This document shows, one piece after another, positions 1 to 8,471 of a DNA stretch of 32,000 nt. The stretch is from Pyrodictium delaneyi. Its GTDB lineage: Archaea; Thermoproteota; Thermoprotei_A; Sulfolobales; Pyrodictiaceae. A program made the position numbers and the translations under genes. The stretch's first letter is position 1. Each line of letters starts with the position of its first letter. The stretch covers positions 480,001 through 512,000 of the forward strand of contig NZ_CP013011.1 of the NCBI RefSeq assembly GCF_001412615.1. Reading direction: 5' to 3'. Under the pieces are notes generated by a model. It had not been told where the DNA came from. It saw only the letters and a program-made list of their open reading frames with translations, and did no database searches.

Positions 1-115
1 TTATCTCCTCAGAGCTGTATACATGTGTCTCCCTGAGTTTCTTAACCGTCTCAGCGAGCTTTAGCATCTCTTTGTGCCGCTTAAGCCATGGCAGTTCCTC
101 ATGTTGCGCTGTCAT
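1..115 (-). CDS. partial hypothetical protein (N-terminus only, runs off the left edge)
   Basis: An ATG at 113-115 (minus) opens a frame that stays open to the window edge (MTAQHEELPWLKRHKEMLKLAETVKKLRETHVYSSEEI...). No family recognised, and it is too short to judge. Confidence 0.2.
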   Translation of the reverse strand, partial: MTAQHEELPWLKRHKEMLKLAETVKKLRETHVYSSEEI

Positions 116-263
116 ACCATCCCCATACTTCAAGCAACTCCTACTCCCCCTTATCAAGAGCGCCTCCTACAGCCAGCACCAAAGACCATGAAGTAGACGT
201 ACAAGTCGACGCAACAATAACCACTATCACAAGATAGGAGGACACAAGCACTAAGTCGACTCT

Positions 264-268
264 AAAAA
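264..268 (-). terminator. oligo-T (T5) tract downstream of the trpB2-like gene
   Basis: Plus-strand AAAAA at 264-268 gives CGTTTTTAG on the minus strand, about 40 nt past the stop at 309. Archaeal termination typically occurs at oligo-T tracts. Confidence 0.3.
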
Positions 269-308
269 CGTTCATGAACTGGTACGGTTTGTTAACGAAG
301 GATTGGGG

Positions 309-1661
309 TCACTCTAGCTTGGGTAGGTAACTTAAGTCTATCTTCTCGGGTTCAGCGTCACGTAGCTTGCCTTCTAGGTAGTCCTGATAGCCCTTGAGAT
401 CCAGCAGGCCATGACCACTGAGGTTGAACAGTATCGTGATTTTCTCGTTGCGCTTCTTTGCCTCCAGGGCAGCATCTATCGCAGCCTTCACTGCATGGGC
501 GCTTTCCGGCGCCGGTATAATGCCCTCTGTACGAGCAAAGAATGTTGCTGCCTCGAATATCTCGGTCTGCCGGTAGGCTACCGGCTCCACGATGCCATTA
601 TTCACTAGGATGCTTAGTGTTGGAGCGACGCCGTGGTAGCGGAGACCACCAGCGTGTATCGGTGGCGGTACGAATCTGTGACCTATCGTATGCATCTTGA
701 GTAGAGGCGTCATCCCCGCCGTATCGCCGAAGTCGTAGCGGTACTCGCCCCGCGTCATGCTGGGCGCTGCGCGGGGCTCTACTGCTATGAACCGCGTCTC
801 GCTCTTACCGCGTAGCCGGTCGTATATGAATGGATAGGCTAGGCCTGCGTAGTTACTGCCACCACCAACAGCGCCTATAACCACGTCGGGATACTCACCG
901 AGCGCTTCGAGCTGCCGCTTGGCCTCCAAGCCGATTATCGTCTGGTGCAGCAGCACGTGGTTCAACACACTGCCTAGGCTGTATTTGGTGTCCGGGTTCT
1001 TTAGAGCATCCTCTATAGCCTCGCTTATCGCTATACCGAGGCTGCCAGGGTTGTCCGGGTCCTGTTCGAGTATCCTCCTCCCCGCTTCAGTGTAGGGGCT
1101 AGGACTCGGCACCACTTCTGCCCCATAGGTCTGCATTACTATTCGGCGGTATGGCTTTTGCTCATAGCTCACTCTGACCATGTAGACTCTAACCTTTAGC
1201 CCGAACATCGCACCCGCCAGGGCTAGTGCAGAGCCCCACTGGCCAGCACCTGTCTCGGTCGTCAGCCTCTTTGTGCCTTCGAGCTTGTTGTAATACGCCT
1301 GCGCCAGTGCAGTGTTTATCTTGTGGCTGCCCGTAGGGAGTACGCCTTCATACTTGAAGTATATCTTGGCAGGCGTGCCTAGCGCTTCCTCGAGCCTACG
1401 AGCCCTAAGGAGCGGGGTAGGCCGGCCAAGCTCTAGGTATATTGTACGGAGCTCCTCGGGGATCTCGATCCATCGTTCTGTTGAGATCTCCTGCTCGACC
1501 AGGCTACGCGGGAATATGGCTTCAAGCTCCTTCGGAGAAACTATGCTACCGTCCGGATTTCTCGGCGGCGGGAGTGGCTCAGGGAGGTCTGGTAGAATGT
1601 TGTACCACTTATCGGGGAGAATATCCTCTGTCTGTGGAGCCCTTAGGCCTTGAATCACCAT
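309..1661 (-). CDS. trpB: tryptophan synthase beta chain-like protein, TrpB2 type (stand-alone)
   Basis: 450-aa ORF with the PLP-lysine motif TGSHKINTA and the [11 protein letters not shown] phosphate loop. Length and N-terminal extension are typical of TrpB2. No trpA is adjacent. Confidence 0.9.
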   Translation of the reverse strand: MVIQGLRAPQTEDILPDKWYNILPDLPEPLPPPRNPDGSIVSPKELEAIFPRSLVEQEISTERWIEIPEELRTIYLELGRPTPLLRARRLEEALGTPAKIYFKYEGVLPTGSHKINTALAQAYYNKLEGTKRLTTETGAGQWGSALALAGAMFGLKVRVYMVRVSYEQKPYRRIVMQTYGAEVVPSPSPYTEAGRRILEQDPDNPGSLGIAISEAIEDALKNPDTKYSLGSVLNHVLLHQTIIGLEAKRQLEALGEYPDVVIGAVGGGSNYAGLAYPFIYDRLRGKSETRFIAVEPRAAPSMTRGEYRYDFGDTAGMTPLLKMHTIGHRFVPPPIHAGGLRYHGVAPTLSILVNNGIVEPVAYRQTEIFEAATFFARTEGIIPAPESAHAVKAAIDAALEAKKRNEKITILFNLSGHGLLDLKGYQDYLEGKLRDAEPEKIDLSYLPKLE

Positions 1662-1685
1662 TACCGCATCGTCACCAAAAGTGAA

Positions 1686-1692
1686 CTATAAA
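1686..1692 (-). promoter_or_regulatory. TATA-box-like element (TTTATAG on minus) for the trpB2-like gene, leaderless geometry
   Basis: The reverse complement of 1686-1692 is TTTATAG, centred about 27 nt upstream of the ATG at 1661. No Shine-Dalgarno sequence lies between them. Confidence 0.35.
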
Positions 1693-1913
1693 GCCACTAG
1701 AAAACCTGTATTTAAACGTTTCATTATAGCCACATACTCTCCCCAGCCATTAAACAGCTCAACACACCTACAATGATGCAGACGGCTAAGCCGAGGACCA
1801 AGAGCTACTTCAACAAAGATGCAGATACCATCCAGGGAGTACAGAACGCAGAGGACTATGCCTCACGTCAGTCACTAGGAGGATAAAGCGTAAACAAAAG
1901 CACAAACCCACAG

Positions 1914-2579
1914 CTACCTTATTCTGACAAGCTTCCCTGACTCTATTCTATAGGCGTTAAAGCCCTCGAGGAGTTCTTCGGCACTCTTTTGCGGAGACGT
2001 CGCTACAACCGCCATACCACGGTGCAACAACTCCTCTAATAAGCCACGAAGCGCTTCAACCGCGTCATCGTCGAGTCCAGTAAACGGTTCATCTATAGCT
2101 AGTACCCTGGGACGGTGGAGGAGTGCACGCGCTATGTTAGCCCGCTTCTTCCAGCCGAAACTCAGTTCCCCTGCACGGGTGTCCAGGTAACGTCCAAGCC
2201 CTAGAATTTCCACAACCTCGTCCTCCTCGGGACGGTATTCTATACCATAGAGGCGGGCATAGTACTCAAGGTTCTCCCGGACGGTAAGCTCGTCATAGAG
2301 TAGACTATGATGAAGGACTACTCCCAGCACCCGGCGCGCTCCGGGGGTGTAGGGCGACTGTCCCGCGATGAGTACTTCTCCACGGCTGGGTCGGGCTAGT
2401 CCGACTAGTATACGCAGAAGTGTAGTCTTGCCCGAGCCGTTAGGCCCGGTAACCAGCACACCCCTTCCTGGCTCCACGCAGAGACCGACATCACATAATA
2501 CCCATCCACGGTTCCAGTCGTACCGTTTCCATACACCACGGGCCTCAAGCAGACAGGCAGCCACGGTATCCACCACCAC
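1914..2579 (-). CDS. ccmA: ABC transporter ATP-binding protein, haem-exporter CcmA-like
   Basis: Walker A GPNGSGKTTLLRIL, Walker B RVLAIDEPFTGLD, degenerate signature LSFGWKKR, and ccm context. The longest ORF starts at TTG 2747 and would overlap the upstream gene by 17 nt. The ATPase core begins near residue 66, so a GTG at 2573-2579 is the more likely start. The start is uncertain. Confidence 0.8.
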   Translation of the reverse strand: MVVDTVAACLLEARGVWKRYDWNRGWVLCDVGLCVEPGRGVLVTGPNGSGKTTLLRILVGLARPSRGEVLIAGQSPYTPGARRVLGVVLHHSLLYDELTVRENLEYYARLYGIEYRPEEDEVVEILGLGRYLDTRAGELSFGWKKRANIARALLHRPRVLAIDEPFTGLDDDAVEALRGLLEELLHRGMAVVATSPQKSAEELLEGFNAYRIESGKLVRIR

Positions 2580-2730
2580 TGAGCAAGCAGCCACGGTATC
2601 TTTCCACAGTGTACTGCGTAGGAGACTCTTCCCTAAAACAGCTGGGGCATAGGGCTCGTCTCTCAAATCACAAGCATCGAGGAGAAGAGAAAGGATGCAG
2701 CGACAAAAAGCGTAGACTAGACCTAGAGGG

Positions 2731-3369
2731 CTAACGGCGGCTAGCAACAGCCATAGCGATTACTAGGACGCCTACTGCTGCTAGGTATAGTGCCAGACCT
2801 ACTGGTAGACCTGTCTGTACAAGCGGCTCAGCTTCCTCAGAGGGGTTCGGCACCGGCACTTGCGGCAACTTCTGGTAGGTTACAGTTGGCTTCGGCTTCA
2901 CCGGTTGCTGCGTCTGGACAGGAACTGGCTTAGTGGTCGTAGTGGTAGGTGTCTCTGCCTCTGTAGTTGACGCCTCGGTTGGCTTCTCTTCCTGTGCCGG
3001 GGCGGCTCCACCACTCTTAGCCTCCTCAAACACCTTGGCAAAGTAGTCCTTGAGTTCAGGTGTTATCCCGGGCATGGCATTCATAAGTTCGTCCCACGTC
3101 TTAGCGTTGTTGAACATCTTGAAGTTAGGCGCCTCTGCTGCCACAGCCTCGTCAAGGCTCGCATACTTTGACGCCCACTCCTTAATCACCGCCACAGTAC
3201 CCTCGAAATCCGGCGCCATTGCCCCATTATGACAGCCAGTACAGCCCTTAGACTGAAACAGTTGCTTAGCCTCATCTGTGGTTAGTGCGGCTGCTACTGA
3301 CACTAGACCTACAGTTGCTAGTATTGCGAACATCACTATTGCCAGCGATACACGCATCTTCATGGACAT
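2731..3369 (-). CDS. monohaem class-I-like cytochrome c with Thr/Pro-rich linker and C-terminal membrane anchor
   Basis: Single CxxCH (LFQSKGCTGCH). N-terminal signal/TM MKMRVSLAIVMFAILATVGLVSVAAA. TTEAETPTTTTTKPVPVQ linker, then a C-terminal TM ending in RR. GGGGGA precedes the ATGs at 3369/3363. The ORF-track start at 3429 is probably too long. Confidence 0.8.
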   Translation of the reverse strand: MSMKMRVSLAIVMFAILATVGLVSVAAALTTDEAKQLFQSKGCTGCHNGAMAPDFEGTVAVIKEWASKYASLDEAVAAEAPNFKMFNNAKTWDELMNAMPGITPELKDYFAKVFEEAKSGGAAPAQEEKPTEASTTEAETPTTTTTKPVPVQTQQPVKPKPTVTYQKLPQVPVPNPSEEAEPLVQTGLPVGLALYLAAVGVLVIAMAVASRR

Positions 3370-3435
3370 CCCCCATTCATGCGTGCCTGTATTAACTTGA
3401 GTATTTAGAGTATTTAGAGCGCCTAGCACCGGTGA

Positions 3436-3442
3436 CTATATA
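3436..3442 (-). promoter_or_regulatory. TATA-like element (TATATAG on minus) upstream of the monohaem cytochrome c gene
   Basis: The reverse complement of 3436-3442 is TATATAG. It lies between the NrfD-like stop and the cytochrome c start, right after a T6 tract. Confidence 0.3.
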
Positions 3443-3480
3443 CATACGTACATGTTCTAGTTCTAAGAATCACATGATCT

Positions 3481-3486
3481 AAAAAA
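3481..3486 (-). terminator. oligo-T (T6) tract after the NrfD-like gene
   Basis: Plus-strand AAAAAA at 3481-3486 gives T6 on the minus strand, 16 nt downstream of the stop at 3502. Confidence 0.3.
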
Positions 3487-3501
3487 TAGTGAGCGTTGTC
3501 T

Positions 3502-4758
3502 TCAATGATGTGCACCGCTACCCTTAAAGTAATGTGTCATTACAGCCTTAAGGGCAGGTCTTGCTAGCAATAAGTATATCAGTATGCCGATCGCATGTAC
3601 ACCAGCAGTTATGCCTATCTCCAGCGCCGTTGGATAGTATGGGTGTACTTCACCGAGTGTACCCGGCACAAACGCTGGTATGATTATCGTCATTGTTTTC
3701 TCTGCAACCACTGCCACTATTGTGATAACTGATACCAGGATTATGCCTTTCTTTGAGTTGTGTACACGCGGCAGTATGCCCAATATCACTGCTGCTATAC
3801 CTAGGCCTATCCAAAGCCACATCATCTTCGCCAGATATGGTAAGTGGTATCCCAGGAATAGCACCTGGGCTTGCGCTTTCTTCATGGGCTCAGTGGTATA
3901 CCAGAATATCTCATGGACTTCGCTGAGTGTGAAGTATAAGCCTACGACCAGAGAGCCCACGATCACATACAAGGTCTTCTTGTATACGCTAAAGTCCACT
4001 TTGAAGCCCTTCATATAGCGCTCTGCTAGGTACAGTGCCAGCAGCAGTATTGCAGGACCGCTTGCAAACGCGGTGGCAACGTAGCGGGGAGCAAGCAACG
4101 GGCTGTTCCATATAGGCCTCGCTGTCAGCGCCTGGGATATGAATGCTGTCACAGTATGTATACCTATGGCAAAGGGCGCTGCAATCGTTATGAAAGGTAC
4201 TATGAATTTCTTAGGCAATGGCTTGTCCTGTCTGTAATAGTGGACGGTTACTAGCATACCTATCAAGTTTAGCGTTAGGTAACCCGTTAGTACAATGAAG
4301 TCCCAGTCAAGCATTGAGCGTAGGTTTGGCAGCTGTGGCATCAATATCATAGCACGGAATGGACGGCCAATGTCGACAGTTATGAGCAGCAGCACTGTTA
4401 TGATTGCTGCTACTGCTTGCACTTCACCAAGCACTGCCACTTTTTTGAATTCCTTGTCGCCGAACACATAAGCCGCTATACCAAACACTATACCGGCAGC
4501 CGCTACTCCAACCCAGAATACGAAGAACGCTATGTAAATACCCCATGGCACACTATCACTTAAGTCAGTTAGTATTAGACCGCCTTCTTCCTTACCGAGA
4601 AATATTGGCGCATGCTGGACAAATATCCATAGATACATACCATAGAGCGCCACTATTAGCAAGCCTATTAATGCTAAGTAGTAGCGGCGGCCGCCGTTTA
4701 GTAGTGCTTCTCTGACGATGAATTTTATTGTATCTAGGAAGCTCCCATCCGCAGTCAT
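3502..4758 (-). CDS. NrfD/PsrC-family integral membrane quinol-interacting subunit
   Basis: About 418-aa polytopic membrane protein directly downstream of the Tat-exported FeS subunit. The stop of the upstream gene (TGA 4782-4784) overlaps the longest-ORF TTG at 4785. ATG 4758 is preceded by GGGGGTGA (4764-4771) with a 5-nt spacer. Architecture and context match the NrfD/polysulfide reductase family. Confidence 0.8.
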   Translation of the reverse strand: MTADGSFLDTIKFIVREALLNGGRRYYLALIGLLIVALYGMYLWIFVQHAPIFLGKEEGGLILTDLSDSVPWGIYIAFFVFWVGVAAAGIVFGIAAYVFGDKEFKKVAVLGEVQAVAAIITVLLLITVDIGRPFRAMILMPQLPNLRSMLDWDFIVLTGYLTLNLIGMLVTVHYYRQDKPLPKKFIVPFITIAAPFAIGIHTVTAFISQALTARPIWNSPLLAPRYVATAFASGPAILLLALYLAERYMKGFKVDFSVYKKTLYVIVGSLVVGLYFTLSEVHEIFWYTTEPMKKAQAQVLFLGYHLPYLAKMMWLWIGLGIAAVILGILPRVHNSKKGIILVSVITIVAVVAEKTMTIIIPAFVPGTLGEVHPYYPTALEIGITAGVHAIGILIYLLLARPALKAVMTHYFKGSGAHH

Positions 4759-4781
4759 CTGAGTCACCCCCGGCTTACCTG

Positions 4782-5813
4782 TCAATGTCCAGTTTCTCTC
4801 TCAGTTCCAGGCTCACGTGGAGGTGTACGCTTAGGCCCGAAGAAGTAGAAGAACCTGGGTCTTGTACCGGCTTCCGGCTTCAATACGAAAGCACCGTATT
4901 CCTCTATGACGCGGCGTATTGGGCTACTGGGATCGTGAAGGTCACCAAATACTCTTGCACCGACAGGACATACCTCGACACAAGCCGGCACGCCACCGTC
5001 GCGGGTGCGCTGTATACACCAGGTGCACTTCTCAACAACGTGTATTTGCCTCGGCACATTGCCTAGTATGTGCATGTTGGGGTTCAGTTCAGTTACAGGT
5101 ACGTATGGCTTAGCCCAGTTGAAGCGCCGTGCCCCGTAGGGGCAAGCAGTTATACAGTAACGACAACCAATACAACGGTCATAGTCCACTACTACTATGC
5201 CATCAGGCTCCTTCCATGTAGCCTTAACCGGACACACCATAGTACATGGCGGATCTTCGCAGTGCATACATGCTACTGGTACATACACCATGTTCGGCTT
5301 TGGCGCATCAGTGTAGTGCATGTTAGCGTAAACTATCTCCATTTCCTCTCTGGGTATTTCTAGTACCTTTATCCACTCTATACCCAGGTTCCTTGCCTGA
5401 TTGTTCTCCATGACGCATGCATAGGCGCAACGGCGACAGCCAATACACTTGTTCACATCAAGCGCCATCGCGAAACGCACGCCTTCGCGAGGACCAGTAG
5501 CCTTCACCTTTATCATGGCACAGCGCTTGCGTGCCTCTTTACAAGCCTCGGAGTCCTCACCCATACTGCTACAGATCTTTTCAGCCTCTGCTTGACACCA
5601 CTGCTTAAGCTTGGCTTCTCTTTCCTGGGCTCTTCTTTCAAGGGGGCTACCTGCTTCAGCAGCCTCCGCTATGAGATCCTCTACTCGTACTGGCACTAGC
5701 AGTTTCTTCAGCTCATCCCGGCTAACAGCAACAAATGATACTGCAGAGACGCCAGCCGCTACAGCAGCAACCTTGAGGAAGTCCCTCCTAGACTGGTTTA
5801 TGCGGCCCTCCAC
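4782..5813 (-). CDS. Tat-exported 4x[4Fe-4S] ferredoxin-type subunit (NrfC/PsrB/DsrO/ActB2-like)
   Basis: Twin-arginine signal QSRRDFLKVAAVAAG. Four cluster motifs: CIGCRRCAYAC, CMHCEDPPCTMVCP, CIGCRYCITACP, CTWC...CVEVCP. GTG start at 5813 is preceded by GGGGGTGA (5820-5827) with a 6-nt spacer. Confidence 0.9.
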   Translation of the reverse strand: MEGRINQSRRDFLKVAAVAAGVSAVSFVAVSRDELKKLLVPVRVEDLIAEAAEAGSPLERRAQEREAKLKQWCQAEAEKICSSMGEDSEACKEARKRCAMIKVKATGPREGVRFAMALDVNKCIGCRRCAYACVMENNQARNLGIEWIKVLEIPREEMEIVYANMHYTDAPKPNMVYVPVACMHCEDPPCTMVCPVKATWKEPDGIVVVDYDRCIGCRYCITACPYGARRFNWAKPYVPVTELNPNMHILGNVPRQIHVVEKCTWCIQRTRDGGVPACVEVCPVGARVFGDLHDPSSPIRRVIEEYGAFVLKPEAGTRPRFFYFFGPKRTPPREPGTERETGH

Positions 5814-5829
5814 TCCACTTCACCCCCTG

Positions 5830-6510
5830 TTACTCACGTGAATACCCTAGAGGGAGAACAAGAGCACCTATAGCTAGGATTAACCCGCCAATAACTGCTG
5901 CTATGGTACCGTAGGCCACGCTGGTCTCGTCAGGTGGTGCAGGCCTATTAGATGGGGGCGGCAGTATGCTCGCAGGTGGCATAGTCGGTTCATGAGGGTT
6001 ATGACATTCGACACATGCCTTAGCCGGTATTGTCTTGAGGTTCTTATACTCGGTGCAGAGGTGAAAGTCGTATCCGACGCCCTTATAGCCTATAACCTTT
6101 GTCACGTTGCCGTTGGGGCAAACATAGGTCTTGTTGCCATGTACTAGGTAGTTATAGTCGGTGACCTCGCGTGGATGGCATACAGCACATACCTTATTGG
6201 TCTCCTTGAGTTCTTGTGTACTGTGTAAGCCAGGTATGTAGACTTGAGCACCATTCACTAGATCTATCATTGTCGGTGCTATATGACAGTTTGAGCAGAA
6301 AAGGCCTCTGTGAGCACCCTTTGTGAGGTCGATACCGTGAAAAGGTACTGTCTTCCTATCGCCAGTTAGCTGCATCGTTTGATGACAGGTTGTACACGGA
6401 TAGAACTGGGCGGGGTCCTGGGCATGCGCTGTGACAGCTGAAAGTACTGGAACTATTATAGCAAGGGCTAGGGCTACTGCAGTCAATACTATGCGCGGAT
6501 TCCAACGCAT
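5830..6510 (-). CDS. tetrahaem c-type cytochrome, N-terminal signal peptide and C-terminal TM anchor
   Basis: Four CxxCH motifs (CTTCH, CSNCH, CAVCH, CVECH). Signal peptide MRWNPRIVLTAVALALAIIVPVLSAVTAHA. Pro-rich linker, then TM IAAVIGGLILAIGALVL. ATG 6510 is preceded by GGAGGTG. The ORF-track extension to 6645 lacks signal-peptide features. Confidence 0.85.
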   Translation of the reverse strand: MRWNPRIVLTAVALALAIIVPVLSAVTAHAQDPAQFYPCTTCHQTMQLTGDRKTVPFHGIDLTKGAHRGLFCSNCHIAPTMIDLVNGAQVYIPGLHSTQELKETNKVCAVCHPREVTDYNYLVHGNKTYVCPNGNVTKVIGYKGVGYDFHLCTEYKNLKTIPAKACVECHNPHEPTMPPASILPPPSNRPAPPDETSVAYGTIAAVIGGLILAIGALVLPLGYSRE

Positions 6511-6770
6511 GCTAGGCACCTCCAAAACCGTTGTAGTCATTATTCTATGTTTCGCTAACACTACACTATTTACCATGATTGAGGTACTGCTAGTACTTAC
6601 TTTAGAATTAAACGTTAGCCCGAAAAGTTCCCCTTTGACCAGCACTGACCAAGTCTACAATTCATGACAAACCCTAGTCCATTCACCTAATTGCACAAAA
6701 TAGTTATGTATATTACGTAAATATTTGCGGAGCTTATACGAAAGTCTTCCGCGAGAATGAGGCCAGACAC

Positions 6771-7313
6771 TTAACTTTCAAGCCTGCCAGCTGGCGCCTG
6801 GTAACTCTCATGACAACCTTCGAGTATCTTATTCACCATCAACAGCGGGTACTCCTCCACTTTACCTGTAGCTGTATTCATTATAACCACATGCACTGAT
6901 GGTTCATAACGTCCCTCTACTACGACCCTACTAGAGACACTCGGGCTACCACCATAAAGGTTCTTGAACTCATTAGCACTATAGAGTGCTACTACGCGAA
7001 ATCCATCTTTCCCTTCTAATATGAATACAGCATAGCTATCATCGTTACCAAAAGGAGGCCCATCTACACGTTCCGCCACCCCATAGGAGCCGAAACCTTT
7101 CATTGAATATACCGTATCTCCTATCCGGAGCAGGTAGCTACTGCCAGCGAGATTTACCGGCGTACCACGAACAGTCACATATGCTTCGTAGTCTAGGCTC
7201 TTTAGACTAGACACATCCTTATAGTCGGACGACTTTATACTCATAAACCCTATTGCCAATAGTGCTGCGAACAGTATACCCGCAAACATTAATGATTTGC
7301 CAGTTTTAGCCAT
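6771..7313 (-). CDS. ccmE: haem chaperone CcmE, archaeal CxxxY variant
   Basis: N-terminal TM anchor, beta-rich (OB-like) body, and a C-terminal LEGCHESYQAP motif (Cys codon at 6813-6815) where bacterial CcmE has HxxxY. Sits between ccmC and the cytochrome genes. GGGGGT lies 7 nt upstream of the ATG. Confidence 0.8.
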   Translation of the reverse strand: MAKTGKSLMFAGILFAALLAIGFMSIKSSDYKDVSSLKSLDYEAYVTVRGTPVNLAGSSYLLRIGDTVYSMKGFGSYGVAERVDGPPFGNDDSYAVFILEGKDGFRVVALYSANEFKNLYGGSPSVSSRVVVEGRYEPSVHVVIMNTATGKVEEYPLLMVNKILEGCHESYQAPAGRLES

Positions 7314-7367
7314 TATAGACCCCCATTGTTAGTAGTTAACTTACTACTGCATTATATTATGCTTAAC

Positions 7368-8399
7368 TCACACACCTCTACCACGGCTGCGAGATGCATA
7401 TAGCATTAGGACTCCAAGCAACATTAAATATGCCGCTACATTGAGGGCTACACTCCAGTGTATAACTATTTCAACACTAGAGTCTCTTATCTTCACGAGG
7501 TGTCCTATTATTGCAGGCTCACCCTCAACTATCGGTACAGTGAGCGGCTTACTTAGCTCTACATAACCACTCTTAGATAGCATTAACGCGACAACTTCGC
7601 CGTTAGCTAGCTTCGCATCTACTACACGTTCGACTCCGCCACTAAGGTACGGATATACCATAATCAGTCCCACGACTATACCAGCTATAACAAAGACTAT
7701 TCCAGCATAGCGTAATATTCCAACATGAAGGGGCTTAGCATTCTCGTAGCGTTTTGCCATTATATACGCCAGCAGAATAGCTATCAATGATGCCATTACT
7801 ATACGTGTAACAAATATCCTTATGACCTCTGGCTGGGCCATAAAGTTACCAAACTGCTCCATTGTTGGGTGAAGGCTCGAAGCTACTAACCGCGGTGCAA
7901 GGAAGCTTACCGGAACCATAGAGTACGCCGCTACTGCATAGGCTGCACTTAACCTACTTGCACGATCTGGGTCAGGAATGCTTGAACGCAGCACAAAATA
8001 CAAGAGATATGCTAAGAGCAGAAGAAGTACCCCGGTCTCTCGGGGATCCCAGGACCATGCTGAACCCCAGGACTCGCTAGCCCATGCCATACCACTAACG
8101 AGTGTAAATATAGCGTAAGCGGTAGCTGTAGCTATGAACGCCTGTATATACGCATCAAGTTTCTCGCTGCCCCGGACAAGATACGCAATTGCTGTGATAA
8201 ATGCTAGCGTGTATAGAAGGTAGCTTCCCCATGCCATTGGTATATGTATATATATGTTGAGATATGCCGTCGGTGAGCCAAGGTTGACGCGTAGCGGATA
8301 TGGCGCTCTGAAAGCAGCATAGACCACTAGAAGCGCGTCAATAGCCGATAACACTAGAAGTAGGGGAACAATCGTTTTCTCCAGACCACGCTTTACCAT
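7368..8399 (-). CDS. ccmC: haem-handling protein CcmC with about 95-aa C-terminal extension
   Basis: WWD motif WGSAWSWDPRETG and polytopic topology. At 343 aa it is longer than typical CcmC (about 250 aa). The extension is a soluble beta-rich segment plus one extra TM. Confidence 0.85.
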   Translation of the reverse strand: MVKRGLEKTIVPLLLVLSAIDALLVVYAAFRAPYPLRVNLGSPTAYLNIYIHIPMAWGSYLLYTLAFITAIAYLVRGSEKLDAYIQAFIATATAYAIFTLVSGMAWASESWGSAWSWDPRETGVLLLLLAYLLYFVLRSSIPDPDRASRLSAAYAVAAYSMVPVSFLAPRLVASSLHPTMEQFGNFMAQPEVIRIFVTRIVMASLIAILLAYIMAKRYENAKPLHVGILRYAGIVFVIAGIVVGLIMVYPYLSGGVERVVDAKLANGEVVALMLSKSGYVELSKPLTVPIVEGEPAIIGHLVKIRDSSVEIVIHWSVALNVAAYLMLLGVLMLYASRSRGRGV

Positions 8400-8471
8400 T
8401 GACTAACTTCACCATATGTTGATAGAAAAATTAAAAGGTATTAATAATCTAGCCCGATAGCTTCACAGAAG

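Noticed and set aside
411-1684. Plus-strand ORFs 411-608, 1312-1653 and 1442-1684 inside the trpB2-like gene
   Set aside because: They lie antisense to, and wholly within, a strongly supported CDS. They are Arg/Ser/Cys-rich shadow translations with no recognisable motifs.
1773-1889. Small plus-strand ORF MMQTAKPRTKSYFNKDADTIQGVQNAEDYASRQSLGG in the trpB2/ccmA gap
   Set aside because: It has no SD, and the nearest TATA-like element is about 45 nt away. It is hydrophilic, matches no known small protein, and cannot be supported from sequence alone.
2557-2600. 14-bp direct repeat GCAGCCACGGTATC (2557-2570 and 2587-2600) encoding DTVAAC twice at the 5' end of the ccmA ORF
   Set aside because: It is a real repeat, but it lies in the doubtful N-terminal extension upstream of or around the likely GTG start. 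It is a single duplication with no further copies, and I see no evidence of function.
6511-6645. 45-codon N-terminal extension of the tetrahaem cytochrome ORF
   Set aside because: The extension has no signal-peptide character. ATG 6510 is preceded by GGAGGTG and is followed immediately by a textbook signal peptide.
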